From an uncultured Acidobacteriota bacterium (GTDB lineage: Bacteria > Acidobacteriota > UBA6911), in the NCBI GenBank assembly GCA_963827655.1, contig CAWHCF010000049.1:192001-256000 (forward strand): 64,000 nt of DNA. Reading direction: 5' to 3'. Both the position numbers and the translations under genes were made by a program. The notes below the pieces were generated by a model. That model was not told where the DNA came from. It was given only the letters and a program-made list of their open reading frames with translations, and made no database searches. Position 1 is the stretch's first letter; each line of letters opens with the position of its first letter. Shown in pieces: positions 51,205-60,889 of the stretch.

Positions 51205-51293
51205 TAGTTGAACCAGCCGGGCGTACGAGCGCATGGGAGAAACTAATGTCACGCCGGCAGCGGTTCCTGGCTTCCGGCAGAATCCGCGATGGG

Positions 51294-52088
51294 CTAGCGG
51301 GGAGGACCTTGGAGCGCTTTTCCGGTCATAGGCACGAAACGGACCGGAATGGTCGAGCGGCGGGTAACGCCGGAAGGCCCTTTCTCGATAAGAAGCAGCT
51401 CCTGCTCTCCACGTCCCACCGGGATGATCAGCCTCCCTCCGGTCCTGAGCTGATCGATCAGCGGTTGAGGGACGTGGTCGGGTGCGGCGGTGACCATGAT
51501 TCCGTCAAAGGGCGCGGATTCCGGCCACCCTTGATATCCGTCTCCAGTACGAAAGCGTATGTTTTTGTAGCCCAGCGACTCGAGAACGGATCGGGCGCGT
51601 TGGGCGAGTTCCGTCACAATCTCAATGGTATAGACTTCAGGGGCAATCTCCGCCAGTACTGCGGCCTGATACCCGGAACCGGTTCCGACTTCAAGCACGC
51701 GCTCGGTACCGCGCAACTTCAAAGCCTGAGTCATGTACGCGACGATATACGGTTGCGAAATAGTCTGTCCCGACGCAATCGGAAGAGCGCTGTCGTCATA
51801 GGCTGAGTCCACAATCCTCTCCGGAACGAACTCGTGCCTGGGAACCTTCAGCATGGCGGCCAGTACCTGGGCGTCCTTGATGTCACGCCCCTGCAACTGC
51901 TCGCGCACCATGCGCTCGCGCATGTGGGTAAATCTTTCTACCCCGGTCGCGGGCGATCTCTGTTTGCCGTCACCACCGAAGATGGACCAGTTCGTGGAGC
52001 ACCCTCCGCTACTGAGAACCAGGATGGAAACCAGCGCAACCGTTAGTAGCGCGCACCGCAACCATCCTGACCCTTCGAGACAACACAT
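51294..52088 (-). CDS. pcm: Protein-L-isoaspartate O-methyltransferase with an N-terminal signal-like extension
   Basis: VPRHEFV, QTISQPYIVA, VLEVGTGSGYQAAVL and VRFVPM. Start is uncertain. Confidence 0.93.
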   Translation of the reverse strand: MCCLEGSGWLRCALLTVALVSILVLSSGGCSTNWSIFGGDGKQRSPATGVERFTHMRERMVREQLQGRDIKDAQVLAAMLKVPRHEFVPERIVDSAYDDSALPIASGQTISQPYIVAYMTQALKLRGTERVLEVGTGSGYQAAVLAEIAPEVYTIEIVTELAQRARSVLESLGYKNIRFRTGDGYQGWPESAPFDGIMVTAAPDHVPQPLIDQLRTGGRLIIPVGRGEQELLLIEKGPSGVTRRSTIPVRFVPMTGKALQGPPR

Positions 52089-52286
52089 TCGAAGTCCGCC
52101 CGAAAGTAAGCCCAGGGTCCAAGATCCCCTGATCATGATTAATGTACCGCCAGACGAGGCTAATTTTAACCATCTTCTTCGGGTTTTCGCGACACTCACC
52201 GGCAAGCGCTAACCGCGAAGACTCGAAGACACGAAGGAATGCCGAGAACTTGTTTCCTGGTGTGTTCGAGTCTTCGTGGTTAGTGG

Positions 52287-53195
52287 CTAAAGAATATTCT
52301 TTCCCAGGGCTGAGAGGATCAGTTCCACGCCGAGATATGCCGTAGAATTGCGCGTGTCCAGGATTGGATTGACCTCGACCACGTCCAGGGCGACCAGACA
52401 CTGGCTGTCGGCGACCATTTCCATCAGCAGGTGAGACTCGCGGTAGGAGAGACCGCCGCGCACCGGAGTGCCCACGCCGGGTGAGATGGCGGGATCCACT
52501 CCATCCATGTCGAAGGAAACGTGCAGCGCCGCGCCATCGGCGCATGTCAAGTCGAGAGCCTCCCTCATGACCGCGGCCATGCCGCGCAGATCAATGTCTT
52601 TCATGGTGTAGGCACGAACGCCCGATTGCCGGACCAGCCCTTTCTCGCGCTGGTCAAGATTGCGCAATCCCACCACCGCGCACCTCTTGGGATCTACCTT
52701 CGGGCTGAAGCCCCCGACCTCGACTAGTTCGGGCGGTCCCTTTCCCAGAATGGCCGCCAGCGGCATGCCGTGAACATTACCGCTGGGAGTCGATTCAGGC
52801 GTATTCATGTCCGCGTGGGCGTCTACCCACAATAAGCCCAGGGCGCGGTTCTGTTTCTGCAGCGCGGCAGCGGTTCCTGCGATGGATCCGGCGGCCAGGC
52901 TATGGTCTCCGCCCAGGCTCAGGGGAAGGTGTCCTGCCAGGATGCTGTCGCGCGACTTCTGGTAAAGAGATTCACAGGCTTCGCCGATCTCCCTGGCATA
53001 GCGGGCTCGGTTGTCTTTGATCCCGATGGTCTCAGGAATGGGGACCGGTATGTTGCCGCAGTCATGTACCTCGAAGCCCAACTCTCGAATCCGGCTGCCC
53101 ACATCTGCGATGCGAAAAGCTGAGGGACCCATGTCGACGCCACGCCGGTTTGCGCCCAGGTCGAGAGGAACGCCGATTATATCGACAACTTTCAT
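52287..53195 (-). CDS. rocF: Arginase
   Basis: GVDMGP, GGDHS, DAHADMNT, SGNVHGMP, SFDMDGVDP and EVNP. Confidence 0.95.
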   Translation of the reverse strand: MKVVDIIGVPLDLGANRRGVDMGPSAFRIADVGSRIRELGFEVHDCGNIPVPIPETIGIKDNRARYAREIGEACESLYQKSRDSILAGHLPLSLGGDHSLAAGSIAGTAAALQKQNRALGLLWVDAHADMNTPESTPSGNVHGMPLAAILGKGPPELVEVGGFSPKVDPKRCAVVGLRNLDQREKGLVRQSGVRAYTMKDIDLRGMAAVMREALDLTCADGAALHVSFDMDGVDPAISPGVGTPVRGGLSYRESHLLMEMVADSQCLVALDVVEVNPILDTRNSTAYLGVELILSALGKNIL

Positions 53196-54790
53196 GAGGC
53201 GCGGGGTCCGGCCGCGATCACTTGCGGCTCGACCGCCGGGGCGTACTGCTCGAAGTTCTTGGTGAATCGATGAGCCAGTTCTCTGGCTTTGGCGTCAAAG
53301 GCTGCGGGGTCTTTCCAGGTATTTCGCGGGATCAGGACTTCTGGCGGGACTCCCGGGCATGAGCTTGGAATCTGCAGCCCGAATATTGGATCTTGACTGG
53401 AAGTCGTGGTGGCGAGGGTGCCGCCGAGAATGGCATTGATAATGGCCCGGGTAAATTGAATTTTCATGCGAGAGCCCACACCGTAAGGCCCTCCGGTCCA
53501 ACCGGTATTTACCAGCCAGCAATCCACGTTGTGGCGCGAAATCTTGTCTCGCAACAGGTTGGCATATACCGAGGGGTGCAAAGCCATAAAGGGAGCGCCA
53601 AAACAGGTACTGAAAGTCGCCTGCGGTTCTTTGCCCAGTCCCTTCTCGGTCCCGGCGACCTTGGCGGTATATCCTGAGATGAAGTGGTACATCGCCTGTT
53701 CCGGCGATAGACGAGCGACCGGCGGCATGACACCAAATGCGTCGCAGGTCAGCATGATGATGTTCTTGGGATGATCCCCTCGCCCCGTGGGGACGGAGTT
53801 CGGGATGCAAGACAGCGCGTATGCGGCTCGAGTGTTCTCGGTCAGAGCGTCGGAATTCAGGTCGAGCTCGCGCGTATTCTCGTCGATCACTACGTTTTCC
53901 AGAACTGTGCCGAAGGTCTGAGTACAGGCGTAAATCTCCGGCTCGGCCTCCGGGCTGAGGCGAATCACCTTCGCGTAGCAGCCTCCTTCGAAGTTGAATA
54001 CGCCATCGTCACTCCAGCCGTGTTCATCATCGCCGATGAGGCTGCGCATCGGATCGGCCGAGAGGGTCGTCTTCCCGGTTCCACTCAGGCCGAAGAAGAT
54101 GGCGGTGTCTCCCTCCTTTCCGATGTTGGCCGAGCAGTGCATCGACATCACCGACTTTTGCGGAAGCAAGTAATTCAAGACGGTGAATACCGATTTTTTC
54201 ATCTCCCCGGCGTAGCCGGTTCCGCCAATGAGAACCAGTTTCTGGGAAAAATCGAGCAGAATAAAGGTTTCCGAGTTGGTATCGTCCTGGGCCGGATTCG
54301 CGGTGAAGTTCGGCAGGCAGATGATTGTGAAATCAGGGGCGCTCGGTCCGGAATCGTTGCCGGGCAGAAAGAGGTGCCGGGCGAAGAGGCTATGCCAGGC
54401 GTATTCGGTGATTACGCGAATGCGTATCTGATACTTGGGATTCGCGCCTGCCGAACGGTCCTGGACATAGAGATCGCGGCCCTGCATGTAGGCCTTCATC
54501 CGTGCCAGGAGAGAATTGAATTTTACCTGGGGGATAGGGCGGTTAACCTTGCCCCACCAGATTTTGTCCTGGGACGAGGGTTCCTTCACGATGAATTTGT
54601 CGTTCGCGGACCGGCCGGTGTGGCGTCCCGTATTTACCACCAGCACGCCCCGATGTGAGATCAGTCCTTCTTCCTTGCGGGTCACGTGTTCGTAGAGGGC
54701 AGCCGCTGAAAGATTGTGATAAACGGCGCCTACTCCCACGATTCCACTGGCGTGCAGACCGTAGTCTTCCCCTTTTTTCACCGTTGCCAT
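53192..54790 (-). CDS. pckA: Phosphoenolpyruvate carboxykinase (ATP)
   Basis: YAGEMKK, GLSGTGKTTLS, IGDDEHGW and NFEGGCYAK. Confidence 0.97.
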   Translation of the reverse strand: MATVKKGEDYGLHASGIVGVGAVYHNLSAAALYEHVTRKEEGLISHRGVLVVNTGRHTGRSANDKFIVKEPSSQDKIWWGKVNRPIPQVKFNSLLARMKAYMQGRDLYVQDRSAGANPKYQIRIRVITEYAWHSLFARHLFLPGNDSGPSAPDFTIICLPNFTANPAQDDTNSETFILLDFSQKLVLIGGTGYAGEMKKSVFTVLNYLLPQKSVMSMHCSANIGKEGDTAIFFGLSGTGKTTLSADPMRSLIGDDEHGWSDDGVFNFEGGCYAKVIRLSPEAEPEIYACTQTFGTVLENVVIDENTRELDLNSDALTENTRAAYALSCIPNSVPTGRGDHPKNIIMLTCDAFGVMPPVARLSPEQAMYHFISGYTAKVAGTEKGLGKEPQATFSTCFGAPFMALHPSVYANLLRDKISRHNVDCWLVNTGWTGGPYGVGSRMKIQFTRAIINAILGGTLATTTSSQDPIFGLQIPSSCPGVPPEVLIPRNTWKDPAAFDAKARELAHRFTKNFEQYAPAVEPQVIAAGPRAS

Positions 54791-55065
54791 GGATCAGCTC
54801 TCTCGGTTTGAGTGTCCGCCACAGGCGGCTATTCTGTCTTAAATCGACCCAACGGTCAATCTTTGGAACCTTTGAGACCGTAAGGGATGCTTGATCACTT
54901 TCCCGTTAGCGCTTCCTTGTTTTCCATTGGATCCCGGGCGTTTCTTCGAGTCTTCGTGTCCTGGCGGTTGGTTTTTGAAACACAAAGCTGCTTGCGCGCG
55001 CCAGAGCCTCCCGGCAAACTATACTCTTGTACTCCGCAAGCAGCTTTGGAAGGAGAGCGAATTTG

Positions 55066-56397
55066 ATGCGAATCCTGGTCTCGAGTATGGTCCTGTTTCT
55101 CAGCCTGGTGATTTCGATGGCATCCGAAAGCATATTCCCGTACAAGTACTTCATCGACGATCTTCCCAACGGTCTTCGACTCATCGTGGTTCCGACCGAT
55201 TACCCCAATCTAGTCGCTTTCTGGGCCGTGGTCCAGGCGGGATCACGGAACGAGGTAGAACCCGGAAAATCGGGTTTCGCTCATTTTTTCGAACACATGA
55301 TGTTTCGTGGAACCGAGAACTACAGCAACGAGCAGTATAACGAACTCCTGAAGAACGCAGGAGCGGACGCCAACGCGTTTACCTCTGACGATTACACTGC
55401 CTACCATATCACGGTTGCGAAGGAGGATCTGGAGTTGATTTTCAAGCTCGAGGCGGACCGTTTCCGGCATCTGAAATATTCGCAGGAGGATTTTCGAACC
55501 GAAGCCAAGGCCGTCTTCGGCGAATACAACAAGAACAGCTCCAATCCGGTTCAGAAATTATTGGAAGTGCTTCAGGACAAGGCCTTCGACGTTCACCCCT
55601 ACAAGCACACCACCATGGGATTCCTCAAAGACATCGAGGACATGCCCAATCAATATGAATACAGCCTGCAGTTCTTTTCGCGGTTCTACCGGCCCGAATA
55701 CACGACGCTTCTTGTGGTCGGAGACGTGAAACGCGAGCAGGCGCTTGCTCTGACCAGAAAATACTGGGGTGACTGGAAGCGTGGCTCCTACGCGGCTCAG
55801 ATTCCTCAAGAGCCCAAGCAGACTGCCCCTCGCACCGGCCACGTGGAATGGCCTTCCGATACGCTTCCCTGGATTGTCGTTTCTTTTGAGGGGCCGCCTT
55901 ACTCGGACGAATCGAAAGACATGCCCACGGCGGACATTATCTCGAACCTCTTTTTTTCGGAAAGCAGCGCTTTATATCAGAAGCTGGTGATACAGGAGCA
56001 GAAGGTGGATGCCCTTTCCCCCAGTTTTCCAGATCACCGGGATCCGTTCCTTCTTTCGGTCCTCGCGCGCGTGAAGGAGCTCAAGGATGTACCGTATGTT
56101 CAGGAACAGATTCTGAAAACGTTCGAAACGGTCAAGAGCGAAGCTTTGTCCGCCAAGCGGTTGGAGGATGTGAAATCGAATCTGAAATACTCGCTCGCTC
56201 TGCGGATGGATAGCAGCGAGGCCATTGCCGAGACCCTGGCCCATTACGTACAGTTAAGGCGCACGCCTGAGTCAATCAATAAGCTGTTTCGCCTCTATGA
56301 CGCGGTAACTGTGGAAGACGTCCGGCAGATCGCGAAAAAGTATTTTATTCCAGAAGGTCGAACCGTTGTTACCCTGAGTCCGGCCAAGGAGAAGTAA
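55066..56397 (+). CDS. M16 zinc peptidase, catalytic subunit
   Basis: Signal peptide, GFAHFFEHMMF (HxxEH) and NAFT. Confidence 0.93.
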   Translation: MRILVSSMVLFLSLVISMASESIFPYKYFIDDLPNGLRLIVVPTDYPNLVAFWAVVQAGSRNEVEPGKSGFAHFFEHMMFRGTENYSNEQYNELLKNAGADANAFTSDDYTAYHITVAKEDLELIFKLEADRFRHLKYSQEDFRTEAKAVFGEYNKNSSNPVQKLLEVLQDKAFDVHPYKHTTMGFLKDIEDMPNQYEYSLQFFSRFYRPEYTTLLVVGDVKREQALALTRKYWGDWKRGSYAAQIPQEPKQTAPRTGHVEWPSDTLPWIVVSFEGPPYSDESKDMPTADIISNLFFSESSALYQKLVIQEQKVDALSPSFPDHRDPFLLSVLARVKELKDVPYVQEQILKTFETVKSEALSAKRLEDVKSNLKYSLALRMDSSEAIAETLAHYVQLRRTPESINKLFRLYDAVTVEDVRQIAKKYFIPEGRTVVTLSPAKEK

Positions 56398-56399
56398 CG

Positions 56400-57911
56400 A
56401 TGGAATGCCGAGGTCTTCTTCGAAAACTGGTAGTCCTCTTTGCCGGGATTGCTGCGACTTTGTCGTTTTCTGATGCTCAGGAGAGCGCCAAGATGGAAAC
56501 AGTACTTCTCCCGAGTTCCTCGCCTCTGGTTTCGTTTCGAATTCTTTTCCAGATCGGAAGCGCCTCGGATCCGCAAGGCAAAGAGGGCGTGGCCGCATTG
56601 ACTGCGGCGATGATCTCCGGGGGAGGGACCCGGAAGTTGTCTTATTCCGAGATCGTCCAAGCCATGTATCCGATGGCTACGAGGTTTTCGTCTCAGGTCG
56701 ACGAGGAAATGACGGTTTTCATGGGGAGCACCCACAAAGACAACCTCCGGAAATATTTCGATCTCATCTCAGCCATGTTGCTCGAGCCCGGCTGGAAGGA
56801 AGAGGACTTTAGCCGGGTCAAGTCCGATGCCATCAACTATCTCAAAGTCAATCTTCGAGGAACCAACGACGAGGAGCTGGCGAAAGAAGCTCTGTACAAT
56901 TTCATCTATGAAAACCATCCGTACGGCCACGAGAATACGGGAAGGGTTTCAGCGTTGGAGAAGTTAACTCTGGACGATGTAAAGGCTTTTTACCAGGCCA
57001 ACTATTCGCGCCAAAACCTCGTTCTTGGCCTGGCGGGAGATTATGGCCCGGAATTCCTTCAGCAGGTCAAGGCGCGCTTCGGCAGCCTGCCTGAAGGGAA
57101 TCGGTCTTCTCTGGTGCTTCCGGTGCCGAAAGCCTTCGATGGACTTCAAGTCAGAATCATCAAGAAGGAAGCTCGCGCTACGGCGATCTCGTTGGGCTAC
57201 CCTATCGAAGTTACCCGCCGCCACAAAGACTGGGTCGCCCTCTACCTGGTCCAGTCCTATTTCGGCCAGCACCGGTCGAGCAATAGCTATCTTTATCAGC
57301 GGTTGCGCGAGTTGAGGGGGCTGAACTACGGCGACTATGCCTACATCGAGTATTTTCCCCGCGGCATGTTTCAGTTTCATCCGGATCCCAATCTCGGCCG
57401 CCGGCAGCAGATTTTTCAAATCTGGATACGCCCGGTCGAGCCACAGAATGCCCACTTCGCGCTCCGTACGGCCATCTACGAGCTGGGCAAGCTAGGCAAG
57501 GAGGGTATGAAACAAAAGGATTTCGAGGATACGCGGCGTTTTCTCTCAAAGTTTGTCAACGTCCTGACCAAAACGCAGGACTTGCAGTTGGGTTATCAAT
57601 TAGACAGCCGTTACTATGGAATTTCCAGCTTCACTGATTACGTGAAGACCGGGCTGGCGAAATTGACCCTGGCTGACGTGAACCGCGTGATTCGCGAGAA
57701 TCTGCAAACGGAGAACCTCATGATTGTGATCGCAGCCAAGGAGGCGGAGAAGTTGAAGGAGGCGCTGGTTGCGAATGCCGCTTCGCCCGTCCAGTATAAC
57801 GCGCCCAAGCCCGCCGAGATTCTGAACGAAGATAAGATGCTGCAGAACTATGGGCTCAAGATTTCGGAAAAAGCTGTGAAGATCGTACCCGTAGATCAGG
57901 TCTTTCAGTGA
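56400..57911 (+). CDS. M16 peptidase, non-catalytic partner subunit
   Basis: No HxxEH motif. LRELRGLNY R/Y motif. Immediately follows the catalytic subunit. Confidence 0.88.
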   Translation: MECRGLLRKLVVLFAGIAATLSFSDAQESAKMETVLLPSSSPLVSFRILFQIGSASDPQGKEGVAALTAAMISGGGTRKLSYSEIVQAMYPMATRFSSQVDEEMTVFMGSTHKDNLRKYFDLISAMLLEPGWKEEDFSRVKSDAINYLKVNLRGTNDEELAKEALYNFIYENHPYGHENTGRVSALEKLTLDDVKAFYQANYSRQNLVLGLAGDYGPEFLQQVKARFGSLPEGNRSSLVLPVPKAFDGLQVRIIKKEARATAISLGYPIEVTRRHKDWVALYLVQSYFGQHRSSNSYLYQRLRELRGLNYGDYAYIEYFPRGMFQFHPDPNLGRRQQIFQIWIRPVEPQNAHFALRTAIYELGKLGKEGMKQKDFEDTRRFLSKFVNVLTKTQDLQLGYQLDSRYYGISSFTDYVKTGLAKLTLADVNRVIRENLQTENLMIVIAAKEAEKLKEALVANAASPVQYNAPKPAEILNEDKMLQNYGLKISEKAVKIVPVDQVFQ

Positions 57912-57980
57912 TCAGTCTTTGGTCTTCGCGCCTATAGCGGTACGTGTTCCGCAGCGCTAGCCCCGAAGACACGAGCCGAG

Positions 57981-58871
57981 TTACAGAATGCCCTGGTAGG
58001 CGAGAAAGAGGGCTCGGAAATATCGCATTATGCGCACAGGATCGCTGCTCTCCGGGATTTCGGCGCAACAATACCCTTGAAATTTCATTGCGGACAATAG
58101 TCCAAAGAGCTTCCGCCAAGGATAGTCGGCGAAGAGGTCCCGGGTATGCACGTGCCGCACCTTTTCTGAAACTCGGGCGAAGTTCTCTTCGATCGTTCCT
58201 CCCTCCAGGTCTGCGGGATTGGAATTCCAGTTCACCGTCACTTGCGAATGGTCCGCCACTTTCATGATTTTCTGGATATACTCGATCCGGGACGTGCCGG
58301 TTCCATGAACCTCGAGGCGGACCTCCACGCCGTTATCGGCGGCGGTCTTGCCCAGTGCCTTAAGGGAAAGACCGATCTGCTCCAGGGTCTTTTCCACGGG
58401 AATCCCGGCCTTGGTCTGGAGCCCGTTGGGTCGCACCTTGACCCCGAGGGCGCCCACATCGTGCGCCAACTGGATGTAGCCCTTGCATCCCTCGATGTTC
58501 TTTTGCACTTCCGCCGGATCGGCTGAGTGGAACTCGTAAGTGCTCCCAAGCTGGACCAGCTTCACGGCGGAGTCGGCGAACCTCCGCTTGACCTCAGCGC
58601 GTTGACCGGAAGTGAGTGACATCTCGACGCCGTGGGCATGGGAAGTCCGCAGCTCTACGCCGTCGTATTTCGTTTCCGTGCAGTTCTTGATAATTGTCGG
58701 CAGGTCCCAGTCTTTGGCAATGTTGTAAGTCACGATGCCGATCTTGAGTGGCGAGTTTGAAGCCGCCGCGCTTTCAAGAGCCAGAGAGACTTCGGGATTT
58801 GTCATCCCTGCGAGAATCGGTCCGCCCATAACGCTGCCGGCAAGAAAGTTTCTGCGCGTCCACTGAGACAT
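57981..58871 (-). CDS. Tat-exported sugar phosphate isomerase/epimerase
   Basis: TRRNFL, GVELRT, LEVHG and HVHTRD. Confidence 0.85.
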   Translation of the reverse strand: MSQWTRRNFLAGSVMGGPILAGMTNPEVSLALESAAASNSPLKIGIVTYNIAKDWDLPTIIKNCTETKYDGVELRTSHAHGVEMSLTSGQRAEVKRRFADSAVKLVQLGSTYEFHSADPAEVQKNIEGCKGYIQLAHDVGALGVKVRPNGLQTKAGIPVEKTLEQIGLSLKALGKTAADNGVEVRLEVHGTGTSRIEYIQKIMKVADHSQVTVNWNSNPADLEGGTIEENFARVSEKVRHVHTRDLFADYPWRKLFGLLSAMKFQGYCCAEIPESSDPVRIMRYFRALFLAYQGIL

Positions 58872-59066
58872 AGGTACCTTTCTCCTGATGTCAAAGTATC
58901 GATTGAGTTCCCGGATTCGAATGACGCGATTATAGCACTGATAGCGCCGCCTGGCGCGCTGTGTTTCACGGTTAATTTTGTCTTCCCTGGCGTCCACTGC
59001 GGAGACGCGTGGTATCCTTAGTACTGCTGTTCGCAATTACGGTAGTAACGAATTTTGGAGCAATTA

Positions 59067-59193
59067 AGGCCCTGAAGGGCCGAAAGAGAGTGGGGACCAG
59101 CGGTGAGAAGCTGTGAAAAGATTAGGTCTGTGGCGCGGTCATCAGACCCGCGCGTTGAGGGCAATCGCGGCGGACTAACGGGCCTTCGGCCCT
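59067..59193. repeat. REP-like composite element
   Basis: Bounded by GGCCCTGAAGGGCC and CGGGCCTTCGGCCCT. The internal part matches 23301-23349, and the right hairpin recurs at about 21476. Confidence 0.6.
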
Positions 59194-59260
59194 GGGCAAA
59201 AAAACAGAGCCGACTCGTACAGCTCCGCCGGATACGTTACCGTATGAACCAGCCGACTTA

Positions 59261-59491
59261 GGGCTCGCGCAAAAATAACTTCACATTCTGGCGCGAGTCG
59301 GTGGTCAATCATGAGCCGGTTTCTGTTCGCTAAGCACGCTGAGGATCGCGCCCCTTCGGGCTGCGGCCCGCAGGCCCGCTGGCTTTGTTGCTCGCTCCTC
59401 ACGTACCGCACCGGGTACGCATCGTCGCTCGCGCCTCGCCAGCGGGCCTGGGGGCCTGCAGCAGAATGCGAACTTATTTCTGCGCGAACCC
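59261..59491 (+). mobile_element. MITE copy 2 (longest, 231 bp)
   Basis: 30-bp terminal inverted repeats (26/30 match) flanked by TTA on both sides. Confidence 0.8.
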
Positions 59492-59558
59492 TTAGTGAGG
59501 TGATTTGATTGGAAGACAGGTTCAACCCGCTATCACATGGAGTGCCAGAGGAGGCTGG

Positions 59559-59870
59559 ATGATTTTCGCGGTAGAAACCTGGCTACTCCCCGCGATCGCG
59601 GCAGGTTCTTCCTCCTATCTTGTCTCGTTGGGGTGGGAGCGACTTCGAAAGCCAAGCGCGCCAAGCGGCATAATGGCGGGTTTTCTGGCTGCTCTCAGTT
59701 TCATAATGGGCGCAATATGTGCCTATTACCGTCATACAGTCTTTGCGCCCAGCCTGGAAAACAACATCATCGTCATGTTTGTGGTAGGGGCCAGCACTAC
59801 TTATCTGTGGCTCCTGCTGCGCAAGTATCTTCCGGGAACGGGAACGCCGCGTTCAAACTTGACTCGGTAG
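59559..59870 (+). CDS. Small membrane protein with about 3 TM helices
   Basis: GAGGAGG RBS before the ATG at 59559 and three hydrophobic segments. Confidence 0.55.
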   Translation: MIFAVETWLLPAIAAGSSSYLVSLGWERLRKPSAPSGIMAGFLAALSFIMGAICAYYRHTVFAPSLENNIIVMFVVGASTTYLWLLLRKYLPGTGTPRSNLTR

Positions 59871-59987
59871 CCCTTTTGGAGTTCGGTGACGAGGCTGTCG
59901 CTGCGCTTCATGACTTATGATGGGCACGGAGCGGAGCGTCTTCTCTTCCAGGTGATGACCCTCGTGGGCGTCATTGCGTACAACAAG

Positions 59988-60137
59988 GAGTTCGCGCAGA
60001 AACAGGTTGGCATTCTGCTGCAGGCCCGAAGGGGCGCGATCCTGAGGGTGCTAGGCTGCATAGCAAACGGAAAACCCGGTTCAAAAAACTGACCGCGACT
60101 CTCGCGCCAGAATGTGAAATTGTTTCTGCGCGAGCCC
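59988..60137 (-). mobile_element. MITE copy 3 (inverted)
   Basis: Reverse complement of copy 1: GAGTTCGCGCAGAAA...TTTCTGCGCGAGCCC. Confidence 0.75.
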
Positions 60138-60153
60138 CTAAGAAAGGACAAGG

Positions 60154-60756
60154 ATGTCTTTCGTCGAAAATCAACTTCTTCCCGATGAAGAGGTGGTCCT
60201 CCTGACCCATCAGCATCCGGTGGTCCTTTTTTGGCCGATCCTGATCAACATCGCGGCCGCCGCCGTCGTGATTGCTCTGGCCTTCAACCTGGCGATCTAC
60301 TGGTTTCTTCTTTTCTATTTCGGCCCGCTTTTGCTTCTTTTGTGGGAAGTTCTGGTTCGGCACAAAAAAGAGTACATCATCACCACCCGCCGCATAGTCA
60401 AGCAGCAGGGAGTTTTTTCGGTGAGTTCTTTCGACGCCTCGCTGGATAAGATCAACAATATTCTTCACGAGCAGAGTTTGTGGGGCAGGGTTCTTGGCTA
60501 CGGCAACGTCAGGTTGGAAACGGCCAGCGAGCATGGTATTACGGTATTTCATCTGATTCCCGATCCCGTAGCCTTCAAGAACTGCATCGTTCAGCAGCGC
60601 GAACTTTACCGATCGTCACAGGCGGGATCCCTGGGTTCGGTCAGTCGCGAAGATGTTCCTAGAATGTTGGACGAATTAGCGCGTCTGCGCGATCGAAAGG
60701 TAATTACCGCGGCTGAGTTTGACGAGAAAAAGAAGAATCTCCTTGCGCGCCTGTAA
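60154..60756 (+). CDS. Bacterial PH-domain membrane protein with C-terminal SHOCT
   Basis: LLPDEEV, YIITTRRIV, QSLWGRVLGYGNV and LARLRDRKVITAAEFDEKK. Confidence 0.88.
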   Translation: MSFVENQLLPDEEVVLLTHQHPVVLFWPILINIAAAAVVIALAFNLAIYWFLLFYFGPLLLLLWEVLVRHKKEYIITTRRIVKQQGVFSVSSFDASLDKINNILHEQSLWGRVLGYGNVRLETASEHGITVFHLIPDPVAFKNCIVQQRELYRSSQAGSLGSVSREDVPRMLDELARLRDRKVITAAEFDEKKKNLLARL

Positions 60757-60759
60757 CAA

Positions 60760-60887
60760 TTGACGATTTACGATTGACGATTTACGATTGGAAATTCGTT
60801 TGTTTACTGGCGGTGGGTGATTGTGATTCACAGCTCCAGCTACTTTGCCTTCAATCGTAAATCGTCAATCGTAAATCGTAAATCGAA
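60760..60887. repeat. Inverted heptamer tandem repeats (TTKACGA / TCGTMAA)
   Basis: ttgacga-tttacga-ttgacga-tttacga, then aatcgta-aatcgtc-aatcgta-aatcgta. The same unit occurs at about 21550-21581. Confidence 0.85.
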
Positions 60888-60889
60888 TC

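Noticed and set aside
60760-60887. CRISPR array in the short tandem repeats (also 21361-21581 and 45500-45570)
   Set aside because: Units are 6-9 nt, contiguous and lack unique spacers.
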